Of a stretch of DNA of 64,000 nucleotides, positions 47,093 to 55,800 are shown piece by piece. Source of the DNA: Amoebophrya sp. A120. Its lineage: Eukaryota; Protista; Dinoflagellata. Both the position numbers and the translations under genes were made by a program. Under the pieces are notes generated by a model. It saw only the letters and a program-made list of their open reading frames with translations. It made no database searches and was not told where the DNA came from. The DNA lies in contig CAJINV010000004.1 in NCBI GenBank assembly GCA_905178155.1, positions 11,439,114 to 11,503,113 on the forward strand, given 5' to 3'. Each line of letters opens with the position of its first letter. Position 1 is the first letter of the stretch.

Positions 47093-48170
47093 ATTCTAGT
47101 TTTCGGGGGAACGAATGAAAAAGTAAATCAAAATGTTTCGAGTCGCTGGGAAAGGGAAAACTGGGTGGGTGCCGTGAGAAGCTACTTGTACTTCCCGGGT
47201 AGTCTAGAAAAATACACGGATCTTGAGGTAAAGGTAGATCTACTTGACTGAGGGAGATTCATTCACCAATTGCTAATAGACAAATAGTGCTGTCCAAAAA
47301 ACAAGTCATTACTGATGAGGTCCTGGAGGCGGATAGCAGGAATTGAAATTTCAAATAAATTGCGATGAAAATAAACACATGTGGTGCTTTGGGATCATCA
47401 AGCAGCAGTAGGCATAGAACATCTTCGTCTTCGTGATCGAAAAACTGTTCATTTCAAATTCAACCGTAATGTTCACAAGATCACCATAATGCTCACACGA
47501 TCCAACTCGACGTGATTCTGGAAAATTTAGTACCATGTTGACCGCAGGGCAGGAAAATGCAGCTGAATTCCTTTTGATCTTCGTGATTCAGGGATCGATC
47601 TAATGCTACTTGGTGTTGGCGTACTTTCTCACGATTTCAACCGACAAATAGTTTCTGGAGAGATGCATTCATACCCTAATATAAATTTTGTGGATCTGCG
47701 GGTATTTCTTGGAACTGCGCGCAAAGACCGTACTTACTTCGGTTCCGGTGCCGCTTGCGTGGCGGAAACGTTGCGTTGTTTTTTTCCAGATTCGGTTTTG
47801 ACAAACTTTTGTGAGGGCGATTTCTCCACTGAATTCTTGTTATTCGTGCCCAAGTGGGACCGTGTTTGCACCATCGACATGCAATCAACTGTCTCTGTAG
47901 TCATCTTCACCTCTACGGCATCACTCTACAACAGCTCTAGTATTGCATGTCGCTTTTAGCACCTTTCCCAGTGCCAGTCACCACTTCGTATTCCATAGCA
48001 AAATGTCATCTTCTTCAAAGTCGCGAGAGAAAAAAATGATAGTATCAATTCGAAGTCCGAATCGATGATCGCTCCCTTGTGACATTTTCTTCTTTCACAT
48101 CTTAACAATTGTTGTACCAGCATTATTTAGATGCTGTACTTACAGATACTTTCGCCTCTGCCTGAAGGCG

Positions 48171-50720
48171 TCATGAGAACGGTTGCAACTCTTTAAACAT
48201 CTTGCGAAGTTTCCCTATACTTTCCGACACTGCAGTTTGGCCTTTTTCCTTGTACCAGGCCTCGCTTGCACTGGCGAACACGTCTTTCGCTGCTCTACCT
48301 TCGTTGTTCGGCTTGTTCAGCAGCAGTTTCCAGATCCACCCTAGAGCGCGGTCGTTATTGCTGTGGTCTTTCCCCGGGTCGCCAAACGGCTTCAATGCGT
48401 TTACGGTTCGGGAAGTCGCGCTCCAGATAAAGTTCAGCTGCTTACGTCCAATGAGCTGTTCAGCTTTTGAAAAATCTCTTTTTTCTCCAGCCATGTGCAG
48501 CGCCGTGCTCCCGCTTGCGTCCACGGCATGGAGTAAAAACGCGAACTGTCTACACCGCCCGTCCGTTTTTAGACATGCGTCTACACCCTCTCTTTCCGGG
48601 GCGCCACTTTCTCGCAAATAACTGCCTTTGTCGAAATGTTCCATTTCCGTCGTGGCTACCACATTCTGCCGGTCCAACCAAATTCTTTCGAGAAACCAAT
48701 CCAGTCTCGCACCGCTGGCAGTGTGCAGACCACTACCTCCATTGTGGGCCTTCGTGTACAAAATTATCCGCTCCAGTTGCAGTAGCGAGTCACCGCTTCC
48801 CCTAGGCTGCATGAGAGTCGCGTGCAAAAGCCTCGCCAAGTGCTCGACCGGGTCCGCGTTCTGGTTGTATGTACTAATGGTAGCACGCCACTGATCAAGC
48901 AACAAATCGTGCACGGTTTTTCCCGGCGAGCCCAATGTAGGGCTGTCTGTGGACTTGGTTTCTGCCAACAGTAGCTTTTCCCGTACCCAGTCCAGGGCGC
49001 GCACTGCACCCGCGTTTTGTTCACCCTCCAGACCAAGCTGATGGCTCGTAGCGTCTCGGCCCTCCGAAGACCCCCGTAGGCGCACCCCGAGCATCGTTGC
49101 GACCGCGGGCAAATCGCCCCCGGCAGCTGCGGAATGCAGAGGTATCTCGCCGGCGGCACCGTCGGTGTGGTGCAGGAGAAAGGCAAACTTGTGGCACGAA
49201 AGATACAACTCCAAGCATTTTTCAAGGTGGGCAGGATGCGGATCTGCACTTTGCTCTCCGAGCCGAACTTTCGTGCTAATGTCACGTTTTAACATTTCCA
49301 TCTCTTCCTCCCGCGTCGTGATCTGATGCGCGTTCAGGTATTTCTTCGGGATTGTCGCAACTGCGTAAGCTTCCCAGATGGTGTGACGGATTTCCCGAAA
49401 AAGCGTCGTGTGGCGCACCAGATTGTGCCACACCCACAGCAGGGCTGCTCGCTCGCTACCGGAGCCGCTGTCCAGAAGTCTGAATGGAAGATCTGGCCCC
49501 TGTTCGTAGCCTCTAAACGCATCATAGGTGTGTTGCAACGACGCCGGGTCGGCCAGAGCCGTGGCGTCTGTCGGGCCCTTGTTGTATGCCATCAAGTTCA
49601 GCAGCACGCGCAACCGCGTGCTGGGCTTCAGGCCGGAGACCCGGTAAAACGGTTCGTCAGGGTTGCCATCGCTCCTCCGGTTCGTCAGGTAAACTGGTTC
49701 GTCAGGGTTCCCCGCCGCGTGCAGCAAAAACGCAAACTGGCGACAGAGCCGGTGCGCCTCGAGGCAATTTCGCAAGTGTTCCCGGCTGGGCTCGCCGAGA
49801 CGGAACACGGGACCGTCTTTGAGATGGGGCTCGAAACGTTTCATCTCCCGCGCCCGCACAACTTTCCGGTCATCGGCCCGGACCTTCTGCAGTATCCACT
49901 CGACTGTGGATGGCGCTGCCAGGCGGATCACACCCAACCGCGACGCGCCCCCCTCTGTCCGCGCGTAGAGCAGCGACTCCTCATTTCTGGCCAGGCACTT
50001 CTCGAGAGCGACCCCCGTTCTTTGCGGTAGGGCCGAGCTCGAGCCGCTCCTTGCCACTGCAGCAGTTGTCGTAGAAGCAGCAGCGCTTCTCGCCGGAGCC
50101 ACTGCCGCGCAGCTTTCGTCCAGAACTCGCAATATAACGGAGCCCGCCTCCTCGCCACTGTTCCTGTATGGCGCGAGCACCATATTTGCAACCCCCTCGG
50201 CCTCGGCGCGGTCCTTTTCGCTGTAGCGCGCACTGTTAATCCAGGCGGAATACCGAGGATCTTCTTCACGGCCACGGGCAACATCGACCATAACTCCGGA
50301 ACTAACTTGTGTGTGCGTCTTGAACAAGAGGGTCCGCTGCTCCTTGACCGACAACCAGTTTGCGATTAGCCGTAACTGCAGAGACCTCTCCAACACCTCC
50401 TCTCCGCCTGTTGCCCGTTGTGCGCGGTCGTCCCGCGCGCTTAGAACTTGCGAATCCCAGGCGACCTCGTGCGTGGCCAACTGCGCCGCGGCATGCAACA
50501 CCGTCCGGCCGTCCCGCGCTCTGGTCAACAGTAGTTTGCGCATCTGGCCTGGGGTCAAAAAAGTAACAGCTAGCTGCCAGACGAAGTCCAGACGGGACGC
50601 ACTTTCTGCAGACAGGACGTGATAGATCCGTCCGGAACGGGTGTCGAGATGCGCGTCCATTGCATCCAGCAGTAACGTCTTCCCAGATTTACTGTCACGC
50701 TGCAGCAGCAGGTGCGCCAT
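48171..50720 (-). CDS. Ankyrin-like repeat protein, diverged copy A'
   Basis: 849-aa paralogue of 36042-38828; the frame stays open upstream to about 50965 (RLNERWNSWYRNLALVAAG). Confidence 0.75.
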   Translation of the reverse strand: MAHLLLQRDSKSGKTLLLDAMDAHLDTRSGRIYHVLSAESASRLDFVWQLAVTFLTPGQMRKLLLTRARDGRTVLHAAAQLATHEVAWDSQVLSARDDRAQRATGGEEVLERSLQLRLIANWLSVKEQRTLLFKTHTQVSSGVMVDVARGREEDPRYSAWINSARYSEKDRAEAEGVANMVLAPYRNSGEEAGSVILRVLDESCAAVAPARSAAASTTTAAVARSGSSSALPQRTGVALEKCLARNEESLLYARTEGGASRLGVIRLAAPSTVEWILQKVRADDRKVVRAREMKRFEPHLKDGPVFRLGEPSREHLRNCLEAHRLCRQFAFLLHAAGNPDEPVYLTNRRSDGNPDEPFYRVSGLKPSTRLRVLLNLMAYNKGPTDATALADPASLQHTYDAFRGYEQGPDLPFRLLDSGSGSERAALLWVWHNLVRHTTLFREIRHTIWEAYAVATIPKKYLNAHQITTREEEMEMLKRDISTKVRLGEQSADPHPAHLEKCLELYLSCHKFAFLLHHTDGAAGEIPLHSAAAGGDLPAVATMLGVRLRGSSEGRDATSHQLGLEGEQNAGAVRALDWVREKLLLAETKSTDSPTLGSPGKTVHDLLLDQWRATISTYNQNADPVEHLARLLHATLMQPRGSGDSLLQLERIILYTKAHNGGSGLHTASGARLDWFLERIWLDRQNVVATTEMEHFDKGSYLRESGAPEREGVDACLKTDGRCRQFAFLLHAVDASGSTALHMAGEKRDFSKAEQLIGRKQLNFIWSATSRTVNALKPFGDPGKDHSNNDRALGWIWKLLLNKPNNEGRAAKDVFASASEAWYKEKGQTAVSESIGKLRKMFKELQPFS

Positions 50721-51078
50721 GAATTGCTGCCGGGCGTCTGCTGCTGGTGCCTGTAGATCTGGGGTGTCGGGCCCTCGCCAACTCTCGAATTGCGCCGTTG
50801 CGGCAGAAACCTCACGACCGCCGGGGGTCGGAAGCCTGTGCGCGGTCTCGAAAAAATAGATTTTTTCTCCGCCCCCTGGATACCCGGCAGCAACGAGTGC
50901 GAGATTCCGGTACCAGGAATTCCACCGCTCGTTTAGACGATCTCGTACGTCGGCGTACTGCCAGTGTTATACCCCTCAAGATAGTTGTCCGGGTCATGCC
51001 AATGAACACTGAATCTATTTCGTCCGAGTCACGCCGAATGGTACACAGGACAGACACGCAGCCAAATAAAATTAAAAA

Positions 51079-51178
51079 NNNNNNNNNNNNNNNNNNNNNN
51101 NNNNNNNNNNNNNNNNNNNNNNNNNNNNNNNNNNNNNNNNNNNNNNNNNNNNNNNNNNNNNNNNNNNNNNNNNNNNNN
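51079..51178. other. Assembly gap (100 N)
   Basis: Run of N; the right flank 51179-51351 repeats 45428-45601. Confidence 0.99.
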
Positions 51179-52171
51179 CGCGTACATAACGGTACTCGCC
51201 TGGTGGAGGCACTCTTCGCACCGAACGCTGGACGCGCAGGCACACGTGTTCGCCAATACCGGGACGTGGGAGGCCGGTCTCGCACACCACGCGCACGTCG
51301 AACAAGGACCACGAGCCCCCGCCGGACTGGAACGAAAACCCTCGCCGACAAACAAATCGCTGCCAGAATCATCTCCATCGCTGGTACACTCGCTGCTGCT
51401 AGTCCCAAACGAGCTGGCGGACCTCGACCTCGAGCTCGGTGCGATCTCCCATCCCGTACCGTCCTCGGCGACATCGCTTTCGGCGCGGGCTGGTCGCGAC
51501 GGCGCTCTACTACTCCCGAGAAGATCTTCGGCTGGTCGTAAATTCATCGCAGTTATGCCCGCGCGGATCTGTTGTTCCGGAGTGGACGTGCGGTTTGCTC
51601 TTTTTCTCCGGTTGCTACGCCCACTGCTGCTGGACCTGCTGCTACCTGACCGCGCCGAGGAAGAACCTCGCCCGGATCTTCCGGATGAACCCCCGGATCC
51701 CAGAGAGTCGCCGTCAGCTGGGGGCGTAGCGCTCAGAAAACGATTAGCTGCAAGAACCTCTCGTTCTCCCAGCGGTGAATTGTGGGGTCCTTTCCACGAC
51801 CCTCTAAAAAGTGCATTCCGGACAACAGTACGATCTTCGTTCACACCCATCCACTCGTCCCACGGAGGATTGTTCATCTCTACGTCCCCCGTCTCGCGCT
51901 CCGCCTGGTCCTCCGGCCACGAGGACAAACTGGGTGCGCTCGTGTCATCCGAACACTGCCTGCGCGTTGTGCGTCTCGGACCCTCCTCACCGGAGCTCCC
52001 GGGGCCGTTTTCGTCCTCCTCGCCCAAAGATATCACGGACGGTTTCTTGGTTCTTTTATCTGCAGCGGAATTAGAAGTCGGAAGAGAAACTACGCCGGCG
52101 GCGCGAACGCACTTTGGCGTCGTCTCGACTTCTAGCACTGCAGCGAAGAAGAGGGAAACTAGGCGAACCAT
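51179..52171 (-). CDS. 5' part of family member B (signal peptide, Ser/Arg-rich linker, start of the RING-like domain), running into the gap
   Basis: MVRLVSLFFAAVL... in frame with FVGEGFRSSPAGARGPCSTCAWC, the same sequence as the start of ORF 43735-45612. Confidence 0.75.
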
Positions 52172-52899
52172 GGTGCTTGTTTTTGTATGTACTGCTACTT
52201 CAGGTTTTTTGTGTGTGATGGAAAAGACGAAGGGTGTCGTGCTTGAGCAGTGGAAGCTCTGATTAGAGTGTTGGAATAAAGACGAAAATGTTGTATGGTG
52301 ACGTTCACAAATGACGCATCTGCGATCTACAGTCGGAAACAAGCGTCTTCTACTTTACACGTTTATTCTCGAGTACTATAAAAAAATCGGTACAGACATG
52401 ATAAATATAGCTTTTTCGTTTTGCGTTTCTATGCCCGCAAAGTAGAGGTCCATGGACTCTGAGAAAATGATCGGAGCAAAAAAGCAGTTGCGAAAATGAA
52501 GCGCACGAGTTCGATCAATTCTTGGCTGCGATCGGCTGGAAAGACTCAGGATCCTCTAGTAATTTCAATTTTTCTGCACTAGGCGATCCGTGTAAAGACC
52601 TCATTTCAGGATCGTTTCTGACCTTTCATTTCTCATGACGGCTTTTGGCGATGGAAAAATATGTGAACATTTGTAACGCGACACGAAGATGCTCTGAGGG
52701 TATTCACCTCCTGTTTTGTCGTATGCCCCAGATTGTCGATGAACGCGATAAGTTGAAAAAGTACTGCAGGGCTACAACCGCTCAAGGTAATGACAGTCTT
52801 CATCTTGCGCATAGTATGTAATGACAGACGCAGCATGTTTGACCATGTGACAAAACCTTACAAAGCTTCCCGCTCGCCAACTGGGGGTTATCTACGACC

Positions 52900-55800
52900 T
52901 CAGAAGCTCAGCGTCGTCGGCGGTTTTGCCTCGATGATTTTTTTCACCATTGTCACCAACCTATCCGCATCTGGAGACAGTTGTCCGTTCGCGTAGGGAC
53001 TAGAGGATGAACTACTACCCCCCGCCGCACCCTTTTCACTGACCGTGCTCCGCACCCACTCCCGGAAGACTCGCGCGAACCGCATTTTCAGTTGCCGCAG
53101 GATCACCGCGGTGCTGGGCGCGATGCTCACGCACTGCCAGTCCCGCGCGTTGGACGTGGCGCTGTTGCTAGAGGTTGGTCCGAGCCCCGTGTAGTGGTTG
53201 TTGAACACGATACACCGTTGCGTGGGGTACAAATCCCACTCCTCGCTGTGAAATAACAGAAACCAGATCGGATTGGTGATCACCGTCGCGTCTCGCAGGT
53301 ACAAACTGCTCGTTTTCACTTTCGCGTAGTAGCTCAGCCACCGGTGCTGGTTCTGCAAAAACCGGGACTGGTGGAGGAAGGAACTGTGCGGGTGCAGCCG
53401 GATGTTCTGCTCGTTGCCCGCGGAGATTATGAACTGCAAGAGTATCGTACTCGTATAAATGCATTAATTTCCTCAGCATCAGAAATAAAATTTGTAATGC
53501 AAATTTACGTTAAAAAGAATGACGTGTGTGCTTCTCAAGGTGAGCGGTAAAAGCCTCCCACATACTGTAGTGTAATTCTCAGAAGGTAAATGTTTCTGCA
53601 GTAGCGGTTAGACTACTTCTGCACCCCCAGTGACGTTTCACCGCCCGTTTTAGCAGTGCCCGGCCACCAGGGGGGAGTTTGCCGTTGGCGTCTCCTCTTG
53701 CCTCTGGCATTCAAGAACCAGTGGCGCCATTACCTCCTCATCCATGGCTCTAGTCCTAACCCCCGACTCAACCACCCAGCAGCCCCTTCTCCTCCGGTGG
53801 CTACCAGGTGTCGAACTGGATTACAAAACAACTGGCCGAAGCCTGACCGCAAAGCGCGAGCGCCTCGCAGGTATGCGAAATCATGCGATTTACGTTAAAA
53901 AGAAGATTTGTAATGCATGATTGCAATACGAGTGCGATACTTTTGCACAGGATAGAGATTACCAGCGACCAGTTGGAGGACCCGTCTTGCTTCCCGCCGC
54001 CCTTGCCGGTCGACGGCATGGCCGACGCGTGCTCCATCCGGGCGATATGGATTATAAAAATGTCTGGGTCTGGAAGAATGGAAGGTCTGTCATGCTCTGC
54101 CAGCATGACCCCAAAGTATGTCATGCACGTTACCCAAGATCCCCGTTTTTTTGTCATGCAGAAACGCAGTTTGTGATGCAGAATAGGCAACACCTCGAAG
54201 CTCAGAAACTTGTCATGCTGAGGCAGCACTTGTGGCCGCCTCATGATACGCCAACCAGCATCACAAGTTTCCAGACCCAGACATTTTTGCATTTGATAGG
54301 CGATGTTGGGCCGCAATCCGGCGGCGACCAGACAGGCCGCAAGCACCGGACGGTCCTTTTTCACAAGTTGTGCGGTGGTAGGCTCATAATTTTGTGCGCT
54401 GATACTATTTGAACCTTTACAACTTTTCGCCGTCGTCATTTCCAGCTTGCCTCGCAAGTCCTCCTTCACATCCGCCATCTGCAGTAAGGCACTTTTGTTG
54501 ACGAAATAACTCCGGGCGAACCGTTCCTGGGCCTGCCTCAGGGACTCCTTCTGGTACGATTTGCCAGTGTTCGCTGACGAGTTTTTTCGATCATCTTCCT
54601 TGTCTATAACTTCCTGTGGCTTCACCTCCCCCAGTTTTTCAAAATCCCTCAGCATATTGAGAGGAAAAATCCCCCCTCCCCATATCGAAAAGGTATCTTT
54701 CCGAAAATTTGTGTTGCTGATTTGAGGTCACAAATCACATTTCTCTTGCAAGAAGGCAAGGGCAGAAGCTTCCGCCCCATTATGGAAGCGATTTGCCATG
54801 CTGTTGGGCCGAAAGGTCAGCCGTTTGCAGTGCTGAGCAACTAGGCCCGTACGCCCCTACCTAGCCTGGGGATCTGCTCGGTGTGCCTTCCTGCAATACA
54901 AATCGGATTTGTGTACGCAAATCCAGCATCACAGATTTCCTTTTCGATATGGGGAGGGGGGATTTTTCCTTTTCATACAGCAGCTCCGCCAACGCGAGAT
55001 GGTCGGACACGATCGCCCCGTTGAATTTCCCGCACAACTTTTCGTAGAAGGATTCTTGTTTCTGCTTGGCCTGCTGTTTTTTCGTATCCCAGTGCACAAA
55101 CCCCCCTCCCCAGCATCATTTGTATAACATAAACGGGAGCACAAGCATCAGCAAGAATGCCGGTTTTGCATGACAAATTTGCACTGGAGTGTAGTGCTAT
55201 TTGGGCTACCAGAACTTGTCATGCATAATAGTGACAGGAGGGAAAGCGTGGATTGGGTATTTTGCATCACAAATGAGGGGGAGGGGGAGTTGTAGTGCAC
55301 TTTCATATTTCGCGTCGTCCATGAATTCGAGGTACACCCGGTTACTGGACGCGATGGACAGTGCGTATGCAAGAAAAAAACTGTGTAAGTGTAAATCTGT
55401 GATGCAGAAAATCCCAAACAGGTACACTTGTCATGCTCGACATGCATGACCGGCTCGCTTCCTATGTGTTTTCCCTTTGTATCTGCGCATAACAAGTTTG
55501 TCCTGTCATGGCAAGCAAACTTGTGATGCTGTTTTCCCAAAAGACTTACACTAACACAGTTTTTTTCTTGGATAGTGCGGAGACTGTGTTCAATAAGTAC
55601 TCCGACCCGCCGAAAATCTTGCCCAGCAACAGCATTTTCCCGAGCCGAATATCGACGGGTAGCTTCGCCAGCGCGAGTCCCAAGGGCGTGATCTGGAACT
55701 GGAGATTGTTGCTCGCGAGCTGCGCGTTGCCGGTGTAATTCTGCAGATAATTCGCGATCAGCGCGGCCGTCATCTGCGAGGTCGTGTTCGAAGAAAAGGC

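Larger units (their letters stand above)
46091..51078. repeat. Segmental duplication of about 34043-39070
   Basis: Colinear homology across TsaE, the intergenic DNA (35100-36040 vs 47140-48150), the ankyrin-like gene and its upstream region, up to the N gap. Confidence 0.92.

Noticed and set aside
53790-53830. tRNA gene suggested by a T-arm-like hairpin
   Set aside because: No cloverleaf, acceptor stem or clear A box could be built; kept only as a weak SINE hint.
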